DNA from: Raillietiella orientalis
Lineage: Eukaryota
Length of the DNA: 64,000 bases
Reading direction: 5' to 3'
Assembly (NCBI GenBank): GCA_036172245.1
Contig: JAYWIR010000120.1
Coordinates: 1 to 64,000, forward strand
Below, piece after piece: positions 1 to 12,998 of this stretch. Each line of letters opens with the position of its first letter. Position 1 is the first letter of the stretch. The notes below the pieces were generated by a model, which was not told where the DNA came from, made no database searches, and saw only the letters and a program-made list of their open reading frames with translations. A program made the translations under genes and the position numbers.

Positions 1-533
1 GTGTTGGGCTTTCTCCACATCGCGAAAACGCTTGCGTATTTTTCCAGTTCAGCGCGGATGGCGTTCTCATCCATCCACACTGTTGTCCCTGTTAGGTGGA
101 CCACAATGGAGTGGTCCACCGTGTGTGGGAGTAAATTCCTGCCCTCAAATTGTACGGGCGTGCAGAGCATCTTGTGGGTAAGAGCTGCATCCTTGCAGAT
201 GAGCTCCGCCAACTGCCCTCCTCTCCGTATAGAGAGGCAAAGAATTTCATGGTCGGCAATGCCCATCTTTTTGATGGCATTGCCGAACTTTCGCGCCCTT
301 AACGGGGAATATAAATTGCCTACCTTGTACAGGAGGGCCGGATTGTAGCCCTCCTGGATGTAGGATTGGATTTCGGCGGCGACATCGGGCGTTTCCGCCG
401 CTGCCACCGCGCTCCAGGCCCTCGCCGTAGTGGCGGGTTCAGAAGAAGTGGTGGGGCGTGATCCCACCTCCTTTGGCTTGGGAGACGCGGTCTTCCCGCC
501 TCCCTCACCTGAAACTGCGGCGTTCACAGGCAT
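1..533 (-). CDS. LINE ORF1 (gag-like nucleic-acid-binding protein), partial, open to the window edge
   Basis: ATG at 533; MPVNAAVSG...AWSAVAAA...GYNPALLYKVGNLY...ELICKDA...DHSIVVHLTG...WRKPNT with no stop; matches ORF1 copies that carry CCHC knuckles downstream. Confidence 0.8.
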   Translation of the reverse strand, partial: MPVNAAVSGEGGGKTASPKPKEVGSRPTTSSEPATTARAWSAVAAAETPDVAAEIQSYIQEGYNPALLYKVGNLYSPLRARKFGNAIKKMGIADHEILCLSIRRGGQLAELICKDAALTHKMLCTPVQFEGRNLLPHTVDHSIVVHLTGTTVWMDENAIRAELEKYASVFAMWRKPN

Positions 534-618
534 TTCTGCCTGTCAACGGCCGCGAAACACACACGAAACACCAGGAAAGAAAAACTCCTTATCCACGGAG
601 CGCACAAAAATTGCGTCC
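1..618 (-). mobile_element. 5' end of L1/Tx1-like LINE (family H): 5'UTR and ORF1 N-terminal part, running off the window
   Basis: 5' motif GGACGCAATTTTTGTGCGCTCC (rc of 597-618); open minus-strand frame homologous to the other ORF1 copies in the window. Confidence 0.85.
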
Positions 619-3335
619 GCCGTGCACCGCGTAGTCAAGCGCTACTACTCCTCGTTGTACGCGGAGGAGCCCACGAAACGCAGTCTCTCCGAGCTGCTTT
701 TTCCGACGGGCAACCCTGCTATCGAGGAGGAGGAACGCGCCAGACTGGATTGGCCCTTCACGGCGGAAGAAGTATCTTTTGCCATAGCGGGCCTGAAGAG
801 GAGTAAGGCGCCTGGGGAGGATGGCCTGCCCGCGGAGTTGTTTTAGTGCTTCGCGGCGGAGCTCGTCTTCCTGGTGCTAAGACTTTCCTCGCTGATGCGT
901 GAGACGGGAGATGTTCCCGCTTCTTTCCGCTCAGCAAAGGTGCGGCTCCTGCCGAAAGGCGGTGATTTGCGCCACCTCAGCAACTGGCGTCCGATCACAT
1001 TGGTGAATTCGGACGTCAAGTTGTTCTCCAAGCTATGGGTGGCGCGCCTGGGGAGAATCGCGGAGTCCTTGGTAAGTCCGGAGCAGACGTATGCTGTTCC
1101 GGGGCGGACCATGGACGCGAATCTCTTTTTCGCGCGAACATGGTTCGAGTTGCAGCAGCGCGTGGCGCAGCAGAGCCAGGCAGCCGAAATCGCCTCTGCC
1201 AAAGGAAAGCGGCGGTGTTCAAGGCACGATGGAACGCCGGGAGCCTTAGCGGTCGCCGTCGATCTCTGCAAAGCGTTCGACAGCGTAAACCAGGACCTCA
1301 TTCTGGAGCTTCTGGGACGCCTAGGCCTCCCGACGCACCTCATCTCCTACTTGCGCTCCTGGTGGCGCCGCGCGTTATGCTGTATCTCTTTCAACGGGCG
1401 TCACGTGTACGGTGTTCCCATACGGCGGGGTATCAGGCAGGGAGAGAGCTTAAGCCCCCTGCTTTTCAGCATCTTCTTTGAGTTGGTGCTGAGGGCGTAC
1501 AGGCTGACGCTGGCCAACCTGCGGAGCTCCTGCCCGGGAACACCGGCCGTGGCCGTTTATGCTGACGACCTTCTCCTGCTGCTGTTCATGTCCACCCCGG
1601 CGTCCAGGCTCGAGGACTTCTTCAAGCTCATTCGTCGGGGAGCGGGCCTGAGCGTGAACAGGACGAAATCAACCGTTGTACCGGTTGGCTCTACGTGGGA
1701 TGGGCAGTCCGACTGGATCCGCCTGGGGATCCCCACGGGCAGGTGCTTGAAGTACCTCGGCGTTCCCTTGGGCGCCTTCTGTCCAGTAGAAGCGTGGTCG
1801 GACTGCCTTCACAAGGCCGAGACTGCCCTGGGCCCGTTCCAAGGCGGCAGGTTTCTGCTGTCGGAACGGGCCTCCGATTGGAACATTTTCGTTGTTCCCC
1901 TTCTCCGTCTTTTCTTTTTTGTTTGTCCTTCTCTCTTCTCGGCTAAGCGCCGCGCGCAACGCCCGTTGCTTAACACCCTGTGGGGACCGGCGAGGTCCAG
2001 GATACGCCTGAAGGATTTGGCGGCTCCTCGGCGGGATGCAGGATTGGGCTTCCTGACGCTGGAGCGGATCGGACTGCTAGTGCAGTTCCGCATGCTGGCA
2101 CTTTGTGCGCAGCTCTGGACTACTCCCTGGTGTGCTATAGCGCGGCTGCTGCTGCGGCGCAGCACGGGTGGCGACGGACTACGTTCGTTGCATCTGCGCA
2201 CGGAGCGCGCCCAGTGAGGATTCGGCTTCCCTTTGAAGCAGCTCGCCACGCTTCTGGGAAAGCATGAGTGGATCTCCTGCCGGCCGACGAATTTTAACGC
2301 CTGGAGGCAGGAAGCCTTATCGTCCTGGGCAGCGCAACCGGATGTGTCCCGTTTGGAACTCCGTTGCGTGAAACTTTCCCCATACTGTCCAGTGGGGGAG
2401 GTGCTAAGAGACCAGGACCAGTGGACACGCATAGCCGCTACGCCACTCGCCGAAGCACTGTGTGCATTGATGGTGGGAAATGACTGTGACCTGCCGGCGA
2501 GGTGGGAGATCACTTGCGAAATCGCAGGCGGAACCCGACTGCTGGGCGGCTGGCGGACTTGCGAAGTGGCAGACGCTGCCACACCTCGCATTCTTGCAAA
2601 GGGGCTACTTCGGTGGAGTGAGCTCCTCGGGGTGCCCACCGATGAACTTGTGGTCGCTTCTGCGTGTTTGGACGCGACTCTCTTCCCCCTTCGGTGAAAG
2701 CAGGAAGCTTTTCTGCTGGTGCATTGGGGTTTGTACTGCAACCTGCGGGCGCACCTGATTTCCGGGGGAGTTGCGTCCCCGAACTGTGCCAAATGCGGAG
2801 CGGTGGAATCGCTTCCGCATTTGCTGTTTGAGTGCGGTGCCCTCCAGGATCTGTGGCGGCGTCTCTCTTCAGCTCTCCTGCACCCTGGACACACCGCACT
2901 GGATTCGATGCGCCGCTTCTACACGCGTGGCGGTCTTTCTCTTGGAGCGGTCGTCGCAATCATCTGCTGCGTCCGCGCCATTGTCAGGGCCCGCCACGTA
3001 TTGCAGATGCGAGCAGTCTCAACATCGGTCCCCGACACCGCAGCCTGCAACCTGCAAATGGCAGCGGGGTGGCCACATCGTGGAGCAGAAGTTAGGACGG
3101 AGATCGGTGGCATTCACCGCCGGTTCTGAGAATAGAAACGGTTAGAATGCGTACCCCTCTCCCCGCGCTTGCACCCAATTTATTTATTTATTGTCCCACC
3201 CCCTCCCGTTCCGAACTCTCAGTGTGCCCGGACTGCGTTCCGGGAAATCTACTCCCCATTTTCTGTTCCCCTTGCCTGGGAACACAGTTCTCAGTTGATA
3301 TTATAGTGAACGTCCCGGCGCAACCGTGTAATAAA
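619..3335 (+). mobile_element. L1/Tx1-like LINE family A: ORF2 (linker, RT, C-terminal zinc finger) plus 3'UTR; decayed
   Basis: KAPGEDGLPAE, NWRPITLVNSDVK, DLCKAFDSV, GIRQGESLSPLLF, YADD (1558-1569), KYLGV, GLG, CAKCGAVESLPHLLFEC; in-frame stops at 844, 2215, 2695; stop at 3129; 3' hairpins. Confidence 0.93.
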
Positions 3336-4528
3336 CGACAATGCTGCATTCTTTAATTTGCTCGCTTGCCTGCTGTGTTTTCTGGCGGTACGCGTGCTTT
3401 TTCTCCATCCTCCTCTCCTTCTTTAATTTTATGGCCGTAGCCACCTGCCACCCAGGCTCCTGGCTTGTTCCCTTGACTTTTTCTGCGTTGCTCGCCGAAG
3501 TCTCGGGTTCGGCCTGGGCCTTGGGCGCGTGTGGCACAGCCTTCGCGGCAGCCTTCGCCGCCTGCTTTTTCTCCTGCAGCCGGGCGCGTTTTTTAAGGTT
3601 GCTCTTGGAAACCACCCGAAATGCTGCCTTAGGGGACACCTCCCTCGTGTGACCCATTGTGCCGCATACTTGACACTGCACGTTGTGACATCACTTTTTG
3701 AGGTGGCTCGACGTATTGCAGAAGCCTCAGTATTTCGGTTTCCCCACATACCAGAGGTCGACGGTTTCGCCTTCGGCCACCAGTTGTGGGGAAGAGTGCA
3801 GCCCTCCCGAACGGTCACGCGCGCAGCAGTGAGACCGTGTTGCAACCCCGTGTAGTCCTCGAGAGGACTTACTTTCGTCCACTGCTCGTGGACCGTTCCG
3901 AACTGTTCCAAAGCGGCGCGAACCTGTTCTTTGCGCATTCGCGCGGTTACGCCTAACAGGTGGACCACCATGCTGCGGTCCGCCGTAATAGGGAGGAGCC
4001 TGCGCGTCCCCATCACCACGGGGGTTTTAAGCAGTCGTTGGACCAGCTCTGCTTGTTTGCAGATGACCTCAACGTACTGACCCCCACCGCGGATGGTCAT
4101 AGCGCTGAGCTCCTCGTCTTTCACATCGAGAGCGCGCATGCCCTTCGAGAAGGCGCGCGCGCTCTCTAAAGAATATAAATTGCCCAACTTGTATAACAAT
4201 GAGGGGTTGTACCCCTCCTCTACATAGGCCGACAATTCCGCCGCGGCTGCAGTCGATGGCGCCGACACAACGGCGCTCCACGCCCGCGCTGCAGCGGGGA
4301 CCGATCCTGTGAGGGCGGATGCCCCCACCTCCATCGCCTCTGGAACGACGTTGCCGCCTCCCCCTCGCTCTCCATCGCCTCTGGGGGTGGCGTTGCCGCT
4401 GCGCCCTGGCCATCCCTGGGGTTCGCGTCAGGCATTGCTGCCTGATCGACCACCGAACCACACGACGCTTGCACCGGGGGAGACTTCCTGGCACGAGGAG
4501 CACCAAGAAAACACGACCACCCTGGAGC
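3336..4528 (-). mobile_element. LINE 5' end plus ORF1 (family J), frameshifted, truncated by the family A 3' end
   Basis: 5' motif GGTCGTGTTTTCTTGGTGCTCC (rc 4497-4518); GYNPSLLYKLGNLY, DRSMVVHLLG, degenerate knuckle CQVCGTMGHTREVSP, Lys-rich tail. Confidence 0.85.
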
Positions 4529-6427
4529 GCGCAAGGCGTTGGACTACGTGGACTAGGATCTCCTGCTGGAGCTCCTGGAACGCATGGGCTTCCCTTTCTC
4601 CCTACTGACCTACATGCGCTCTTGCTGGCGCAGCGCGCTAATCAATATCTTTTTCAGAGGTCAAATGGCATAAGGCGTGCCTGTACGGTGGGGCATGAGG
4701 TAGGGCGACTGTCTGAGTCCCATGGTCTTTAGCACCTACTATGAGTTGGTGTTGAGAGCGTACAGGGTGACTTTGGCCCCCTTGCCGAGCTCGTGCCCCG
4801 GCACGCCAGCCGTAGCGGCGCATGGCGACGATCTTCTGCTCCTCTTACCTATGTCCACCCCGGCGAAGGCGGTCCGAGATTTCTTCGACCTGCTTAGCCA
4901 CGGGACCGGAATTACGGTGAACAGGGCGAAGTCGTCGGTCGTGCCAGTTGGTGCAGCGTGGTCTGGGCAGCAGGACTGGGTCCGTCTGGTGATCCCCACG
5001 GTGATGTGCATCAAGAACCTCGGTGTGCCGTTGGGGGACTTCTCCCCTGCGGAAGCGTGGTCCAGCTGCCTCCAAAAAGTTGAGACGGCGATCGGCCCGT
5101 TCCTGGAAGGCAAGTTTCACTTGCCGGAACGGGCCGCGGTTTGGAACGCCTTTGCGACCCCCATCCTCCGCACCTTTGTTTTTTGTTTGCCCCGCCCCCG
5201 TGGAATCAAAAAAGCGGACGAAGGACCTCCTCCGCATAGCTCTTTGGTACAAGGGGAGGCCCCGAGTCCCTTTGGAGGACTTGTGCGCTCCGCGTCGGGA
5301 CGGCGGTCTCAGCATGCCGACGCTGGAGCGCGTGGAAATCCAGCTACGATGGCAAGCCCTCGCCATCGCAGCGAAGATGTGGAGCACCGCTTGGTGCATT
5401 CCGGCCCGCCTCCTGGCCAGGCGTGTGTCCCGCTGCGAAGGACTCGCATCGTTTCTTCTGTGCCCTGGCCGGAAGCTTCGACAATGCGGTATACTGCTCG
5501 GCCGCATGGCAACCCTGGCAAAGGAGAACGACTGGATGGTTTGTGGCCCTGCCAACTCCTTTGCTTGCCTGGAAGAGACTGCTGGCACCTGGGCCAAGCA
5601 GAACCAGAGGTGCGATGACCGGATGAACTGCCTGCGAGTCGGCTTTTACGCCCGCCGAACTCTTTGTGAAATTCTTGAATTTCCACCGAGTTGAACGTGG
5701 GCGGAAGGCACACCCCTTGTTACGGCGATGCCCTTCCTCCATAGGGCGCTTTACGAAAGCCGGAAGCCAAGGTGGCAAGTCTGCTGCCGTATCGTAGGCA
5801 GAGAGAAGATGATGAGCGGCTGGACCATGGGAGAGTTCACAGATGCAACGACCCCTAGTCTCCAGCCGCGTGGATCAAGAAGATGGGGCGATCTGCTCGG
5901 CATTCGATTGGATGACCTGAAGTGGCCCCCGGTTCTACTTGGATCTAGGATTCTTTCCCTGAAGTGGCAAGAATCGGCGCTTCTGTGGCTGTATTGTGGT
6001 CTACCCTGCAACGCGCGCCGTTTCCACTGGACGCGGGGAAGAGTAAATCCTGCGTGTGCCAGGTGTGGGGAGCGGGAGTCGCTCCCCCACCTCTTAGTTG
6101 AATGCCCTGCCGTCCAGATTCTTTGGGATCGTCTGAAAACGGCCCTCCGGATGCCAAATGGTGGCAATGTTGGATGTGTCTTCAGTTTTGTCTTCGTGCG
6201 GGACGCCCTCAGTCCAGCCGCAGCCCTGGCATCACTTTTCTGCATTCGTGGTATCGTGGCGGCCTGGAGTGATGCAGAAGATGAAGACTGCATTGTGAGG
6301 GACGTCATCGAGTATGCTTCTCGCTTCCTGCAGACAGCTTCCCAATGGCCGAATCTAGGAAAACTGAAAATGGAACTAGAAGGCATCCTGCAAAGGATGG
6401 GCGCTCTCAGCAGTTTTCTGTGATCTC
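4529..6427 (+). mobile_element. LINE family B ORF2 3' half (RT to stop codon), frameshifted, 3'UTR missing
   Basis: Starts at RKALDYVD (KAFD motif); YADD mutated to HGDD; CARCGERESLPHLLVEC; closely similar to 54432-56330 on the minus strand. Confidence 0.92.
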
Positions 6428-7057
6428 GAGTACTCTGGCGGAGGTTAGAAGCAGCTCTCCTGCCAACGGGGGACACCGCCCGAGATGTGCTGCGACGGTT
6501 CTTTCAAACGCGAGGACTTTCGACAGCTGTGATGATTTCCAAAGTTGGTTGTATCCGCGCCATCGTCACGGTCCGAGACGTGCTGGAGAACACTGGTCAG
6601 CAATGTTGTGTCACTAGGAATGCAGCCGACTTCATCAGGGCGGCAGCTGGGTGACTACACTTGAGTGAAGACGCAACGGAGAAGCTAACTGGTATCCATC
6701 GCCGGATTCGCAACGGTTCCAAACGACGATCCCGGTGATCCACCTCCATTCCCTTTAAACTGTATTTTCGTTGTCGCGTCCTTCCTTGCATTTGCTTCGT
6801 AGTGCTTTGGTGCTTCCACTCTGTTTTTCCCGGTGAATGCGGAGCGTCACTAAAGTTCCCTGGTGCAATGCTCTCATTTTGACTTTTCTTTTTTTGTTGG
6901 TAGTCCGCTCCTTCCCCATTCGTTAAGGTCCTTCCGTTTTTCTGGTCTGCGTACCAGTTGTATATCTCAGTTGCTGGTTTTTTGTAGTCGTTGGCTGGAA
7001 ACAACTGTTTCCTGCTATTTTATATTAGTAAACCTCACGGCGTGACCAAGTAAGGAA
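6428..7057 (+). mobile_element. LINE 3' fragment (A-related subfamily): ORF2 C-terminus plus 3'UTR
   Basis: LWRRLEAALLPTGDTARDVLRRFF...CIRAIV...GIHRRI resembles the family A C-terminus; CTGCGT hairpin 6942-6957; AGTAAA plus degenerate terminal hairpin 7027-7057. Confidence 0.8.
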
Positions 7058-9704
7058 ATTTTAGCGTTTGCCTGAAACGAGATGGGTCGAATCACGAGCG
7101 TGAACTGGTCAACGAGGTGTGCATGGCGGTGCACACCTGTAATTTGTTGGCCAGTGAAGAGCACCTGTGCACTTGCGTGGGCAGGCGCGGAAGTTTACCG
7201 TCCGAGTTGTCCGACCATCGCCTGATCGTGCTCCAGATTCATCCGCGCGACAGGGCTCCCCCTCTTCAGCGTGGTGGTTGCCTGCGGACTGGCTGATGCT
7301 CTTGGACGTGGCGGAACAAATCCTCGCGTTGATACAAAGCTTGACGCTGCAGACACTTCTGGAATTGGACCGCTTCAAACGATCAGTCCAGGGGATCTGC
7401 GACCAGTTCCCTCTGCACCGCCCACCTGTGGGATTTGGGGACGAGGTACGCAAAGAAAGGTCGTATCTACGTGCACGACGTTACGCCGGGATCCCCGACA
7501 TTCGCAGGCTGGTGGAGTACAAAGTGGGAGCCGAGAGGCAAGCCTTGCAGTCCGGATCGGCTAGTTTTCTGGACGATTTGGGCCAGGAACATTGAGCACC
7601 CGTTCAGATATTTGGTCTGCTGAATCGTTCTTATTCCTCCCTGTACGCAAGAACGCCTCCCGAGAGGGATGTCTGACGACTCCTACTTTCAAAAGGCGTT
7701 CCAGCGATCGATGAGGAGGAGAGAAAGTCCTTTGACGAGCATTTGACGATGGGCGAGATCATCTCCGCCATCGGAAAGGTTGAGAGGCGCAAGCCTCCAG
7801 GGGAGAACGACCTGCCCGCGGAGTTTTATCGAACTTTCGCGGTTGAGCTTACCCCCCTGGTACAGCAACTCACCTTGCTGATACGCGAGACAGTTGACGT
7901 TCCCGCCTCGTTTCGTTTGGCAAAGGTGCGGCTCCTCCCTAAGGGAGGAGATCTGAGGAGCATAAACAACTGGCGTCCCATCAGAATAGTGAATGCGGAC
8001 GCCAGGTTGCTAGCAAAGGTTTGAACAGAGCGCTTGGGACGGGCTGCAAACGCATTCATCAGCCCTGAACAGACGTATGCTGTTCTCGGACTAAGCATGG
8101 GGGAGAACTGTTCCATGCTTCTACCTGGATAGAACTCCAACAAGAAAGGGGCTTGGTGCGCAGCGGGAATTCCGGAGCGTTCGCCAGCAAGGGGTCAGAT
8201 GGTCGGGTGCGGGAGGGAACCCTTTCGGTCGCAGTCGACTTGAGGAAAGCATTCGACAGCGTCGACGAGAATCTCCTGCTGGAGCTTTTGGAACGCTTTG
8301 GCTTACCGGCCTCATAATTGACATATCTGCGCTACAGCTGGCGCGACGCGCTAATCAATCTTGCTTTTAGCGGGCAGACCGGTGGCGGTCTAGGGATGCG
8401 GCTAGTACTTCATCTTCAGTTCGGGATGTTGGCCGTTGTGCAGAAGTTGTGGTGCACCTTCTGGTGCGTCCCTGAACGTCTCCTCATCAAAAAACCCACC
8501 GGGAAGATGGGACTCACGTCCTTTCTTTCACTTCATCGCTCCTGCGTCAACCGTTGTGGGCTCCAGCTGCGGAGGGTGGCTGCATTGTTTCGAAAAAATC
8601 AAGGATGGATCACGTGTCGCCCCGCGAAAGGTAGTGCCTGGTTGCAGGAAACCGTTCGCACGGGGGCACAGAGCGGCATGCAACGCTACCAGCAGGAACG
8701 ACGGTTCCTGTTTGGGGGTTACAGAAGCTGCACGCTCCTAGAGATCCTGGAGGATCCGAAGAAGCAAGCGTGGTCAGGAAGAATCCCATCGCTGCTGCGC
8801 TGGACTCCCTAATGGAAGATCAGGACAGCGATGTTGCGGCGAAGTGGGAGGTTTTTGTCACTATCTCCGGGAAGGAGGAAAAGATAGAGTGGCAGACGGG
8901 CCAGTTAACAGACGCTGCGACTCAGAGTTCGCCTCCTCATGGACCTCTGCGATGGGGCGCGGTTTGTGTTCTCATTAAACATCTGAAGTGGCCTCCGATG
9001 GTTGTGAACTCCTCCACCCTTATTCAAAATGGCAGGATTCGGCAGTATTGTTGTAACACAGAAGATTCCCCTGCAACGCTCGCCAATACCATTTGACCTG
9101 CAAAGAGTTGAACCGAAATTGTGCTAGGTGTAGGGAACGGGATCTCTCCCATACGTACTTGTGGAATGTTTTGCCATCCAGTCTCTTTGGCTACGTGTTG
9201 CCGCGGTCATTGGAATCCTCTGTGGCAACCCCAGAGGCGCAGTTATATCCCCCTCCGTTTGCGACGGCCTTCGGCCAGCTGCATCGTTTGCAGCCATCTG
9301 CTGCTTTCGCGGGACCGTCGCTGCTTGGAGCAAGGCAACGGGAGGACCACGTGATAAGGGTGCCCTTCAATTCGGAGTCGAATTTATGAGGACAGCGACT
9401 GGATGGACCCATCTGGATTCACCATTTCAAGAGCAGCTTGCCGGCATCCTAGAAAGGATATAACTGCCGCACAGCAGACTGTGCGGCAGTTATATCCCCC
9501 CAGATCTTGTTTTTATATATTTTATTTTCGTTATATCTTTGTTTTGTCTCTGCCCCCTCTGCTGTCGTGGTGGACCGTACCGGACTGCGAACCGGTGACC
9601 CGGCAGACTTAATTGTTTGTTAGTGCGTGGCACGACCACCAGGTTGGCCACAGATTTTCGTTTTATTCGGAATAATAAACGCTCCGGCGCACCCGGGTGA
9701 GAAA
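7054..9704 (+). mobile_element. LINE family C ORF2 (from the EN GDFN region to the 3' end), with an internal deletion removing the RT core
   Basis: GNFSV...LVNEVC, PVGFGDEVR, KPPGENDLPAEFY, NWRPIRIVNAD, SPEQTYA; jumps from FSGQ to GGGLG at ~8375; CARCRER; AATAAA plus hairpin 9674-9704. Confidence 0.88.
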
Positions 9705-11065
9705 CTAGTTCGGGGATGGTGATCCCGAAACTCGCTTCCGGGATTACCAATCCCGAGCTCGCTTCACGGAAACCCGGAGGTGCTCACGAAGAAGTGCATC
9801 TGCCTTCAGATGGCTTAATATTTCGCCGGTATCCTCCAGTGGTTTAACATAGGCTCTATGCATGGTATAAGGAGCTCGAACTCAAACCTGTGATGGTCAG
9901 AAAATCCGGACGGCATGGGCCCTCTCTTTCTCACACGAGAGTGCAAGTTGTCATTGAGGAAGATGTGATCCGGCGATGTTTGCATCTCAGGCACTTTGAT
10001 CGTCAAGTTGGCGCGCACTGATGAGCACATCTCGATGGCCAGTGAGTGCTTCTTCAATCAGCTCCATCCGTCCGAAATTCGGTGGACGTTGAAGTCCCCT
10101 GCGACGAGCGGCGCCACTTGAGTGCCGGAGCTGCTGAGCCAGTAGCTCTGCACCTCGCCAAGGAAAGGTATTCTCTCTTCCAGGTAGAGAGAGGCACTCT
10201 GTGCTTGAATGTGACGAGATCGATGGACTTGGACCACTTGATGAGAAGTTGGCTCACGCTTTCGTGATCGTCGAAATGAACCCCATGCACCGTTTTAGCC
10301 AGTTTTCCTTTTGCGTTGAAAGCGCACGTGTGTGGGTCGCCGCACCGCTAAAGTAGCGTTGCTCCAGCCAGCATCTCAGTTCCGCAGCCTGCTCGTCGGA
10401 GATTACGTGAGTCTCCTGCAGGAGCGCGAGGTCGAAGAGGTGAGGTCGTTCGCAACCAAACGCCTATTCTCGTCGTTCTGCAGTCCATTCACGTTCCAAC
10501 ACGCGACAGACAGGCGACGAGAGGACGCGATTCCTCGCATAACTGCTGGAAAGGCGACGAAGTCGCTTTCTCCGGCGAGCGTACGGTAAGCAGCACGACT
10601 GGTTGGAGATCGCGATCGCCACCGTCCGCCAAAGTGCTGCAAGGAGACGAGTGTTCCCAGGAATGGCTGTTTCGTGCTCTGGGGAGTGCTCGAGCGCTTG
10701 AACGTCATGCGTACAGTTCCCGTTTGCGCGGGGAATTGCTTTTGCGCGTCGCGCACCCGCTCTCGCACGCGTGTTGCGCTTCTCGGCTGTATGGTTTGAT
10801 TGCATTTCGAAATTGCCTACTGTCGAGTTTTAGACTGGCACTTTACCTCTCGCGTAAAATCTGCGGGGCCTGTAGGACTTTTTTTTGCTTTGCGTTTTGC
10901 GACTTCTGTGTTTAACACTTTGGCAGCGGCTTTTGCCATTGCAAACGGAACCTTTGCGTAAGTCTTTTTCAGGAAGCGCAGGTTTTTCGCCCTGCAGAGT
11001 GTGACGGATGGAGGTTGATACTCATTACCAGTGATATTCATGGGGCGACGTCTATGTTGCCCCCA
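9705..11065 (-). mobile_element. LINE family G: internally deleted ORF1 plus ORF2 endonuclease
   Basis: ORF2 start MRGIASSRRLSVACWNVNGL at 10540; LLQETH; PDHIF, FSDHH, HWRIP. Confidence 0.82.
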
Positions 11066-11069
11066 GAAG

Positions 11070-11785
11070 CAATGGATGTGGAGCAACCGCCTCCACAGTT
11101 ATTCCTCCCGTGACAGAGCGGGATTTGTGTTTCGTAGCTGCGGTCATCGCCGGCTCTTCCCCAGTATGGAGCACAGACTCCTGTCGTTGCTGCCCTACTT
11201 TCGGCACACTAGGATAGGATTTGTCTTCCCGCTGAGGCAGTTGTGCTCGTTACTGGAAGCTTAATGCTGGATGTCCTGTTAGCAGTGGCCTATCTGCTGA
11301 GTGCGAAATCTGCAGCAGCAACCCAGGGGACACGAATTTCCTCGGAGACTGACGAACGAAGGAGCTGGCGCATGGCAATTGGACGAAGGGACTTCTTCGC
11401 AGGAGCGAAAATTCATGTGTGCCCATCGATGACATGGTGGTCCTCCCTGCTTTCATTGAGAGCTCGGTGTTCTCGTTAAGGTGGGAAGAAAATGTTCTGC
11501 TTTTTTTCAATGAGGTTTCCAATATGATTAGCGGCGTAACAGCGTTTCCTGGGGAGCTGCTACTCCAAACTGCTCTGTGTGCGAAACGACAGAGGAGTTG
11601 CCACATCTCTTGTACGAATGCGGTGACCTCAGCAAACTGTAGAGCAGGCTGATTTTAGCCTCTTCGTTACAGGGAGACACTGCAGAGGACGTGCTTTGCC
11701 GTTTCTTCATGCAAAACGGACTTTTAGTGGGCATGATACTGGCAACTTTGTTGCATTCGCTCCACCATCAAGGCGTCATCTAGAT
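11070..11785 (+). mobile_element. Old, decayed A-like LINE ORF2 C-terminal fragment
   Basis: PNCSVCETTEELPHLLYECG...GDTAEDVLCRFF matches the family A zinc-finger region. Confidence 0.72.
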
Positions 11786-11787
11786 CC

Positions 11788-12455
11788 TTGGTGACTTCCA
11801 GACGCTCTGAGGGGGGGGGGAAATTCCGCTTCGACCTCCTGCAGCGGGGATCCTCCCTCCGAGCAAGCTGGAGGTTTGCAGCCGAGGAAGGTCCTCCTGC
11901 AGACAGGCTCTTGAAGCTAGTCGGCTTCCGGTACCACAACCAACGCGGGATGAACTCATTGCCGGAGCGCCTGGCGACCAGGTACCCGGCGCTGTGCTCG
12001 CTATACTCCATCGGACATTCATTGGAAGGTCGTGAGCTCTGGATGATGCTGGTCACCTCGTCCCAGACCCAGAGGCCGACCCGTACGTCCGGTGGCTGCT
12101 GGACAGCACCCACGTCCACGTGATGCCCAGCATGAACTCGGACGGGTTCGACATGTGTCCTGAGGGAGAATGCAAGATAGGCAAGGGCAGGCTGAATGCC
12201 CTGGACCATGACCACAACAGGAACTTAAACGACATTTTCACCCCGAACCACATGGACATCTAGGAAGAGACATGGGCTATCATGAGCTGGATGTCCCAGA
12301 ACCAGTTCATCCTCTCGGCAAACCAGCACGGAGAGGCCATCGTGGCCAGCTACAACTTCCACAACAGGCTTCGAGTGGGCCCTTCGCCTTCTTCAGGAAA
12401 ACAAAATCCCTGACTCCCGACGACGACGTCTTCCTCTACCTAACGCCGACGTATT
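11788..12455 (+). pseudogene. Intronless M14 metallocarboxypeptidase (CPM/CPD-like, N/E subfamily) pseudogene, probable retrocopy
   Basis: FRYHN...RYPALCSLYSIGHSLEGRELW; after a frameshift DPYVRWLLDSTHVHVMPSMNSDGF...GRLNA..DHNRN; ETWAIMSWM..QFILSANQHG..IVASY; SLTPDDDVF; internal stop at ~12261, two frameshifts, HxxE segment absent. Confidence 0.88.
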
Positions 12456-12959
12456 TTTTCTAATCTCTATGGTGCATTTGAAAAAAATTCGAAAAGAAAA
12501 GTGAAAGAACTTCAAAAGTGTTGAATTATTTGTGTTCATAAATTCAGACTCATTACTTTTACAAGCGTTTCTTTCATACTGAGCAGCAATCATCGAAACT
12601 TTGTGGCACATAGATAAGATCTAGAAACATAAAAGTATTTAGCGGATGATATTACGTAGAATCCAAAGGTTTCTACTACTTCCTCCATACAATCCCTCTA
12701 TATAATTCCACATTGACAAAATTAGATTTCAAAAAAAACTTTACACTCCTGTGTTACACCTGCATTGAAAGAAAGACAAGGGCTCAATCTAGCTTGCATA
12801 AGGATGTGGTTACAAAACCAAAGATGAGTCTGGAACTACGATACAGTACAAGAGAAATCTCGTATATCCAACATTAAATTTTCCTTTAAGAGATTTTCGT
12901 TCAATATAAAAGTTCATTAGCTTCAACGCTGGCCCAGAAGTATAAATATGAAGACTTAC

Positions 12960-12998
12960 TTGCAAGAGAACCTCATAAAAGTTCCTGATGACTTCCAC
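12960..12998 (-). other. Candidate 39-nt exon (VEVIRNFYEVLLQ) of an unidentified minus-strand gene
   Basis: tgttcag acceptor and gtaagt donor, phase 0-0, in a tract that is T-rich on the minus strand. Confidence 0.35.

Noticed and set aside
1..6427. Twin-priming 5' inversions as the cause of minus-ORF1 / plus-ORF2 pairs
   Set aside because: The same ORF1 family (H) abuts different ORF2 families at 618 and 45676, kilobases are missing between the parts, and 54208-59873 is a clear nested insertion with a TSD. Not excluded for every junction.
9721..9770. Short direct repeat atcccga(a)(a/g)ctcgcttc x2
   Set aside because: Local duplication within a decayed LINE; only two units, not CRISPR-like
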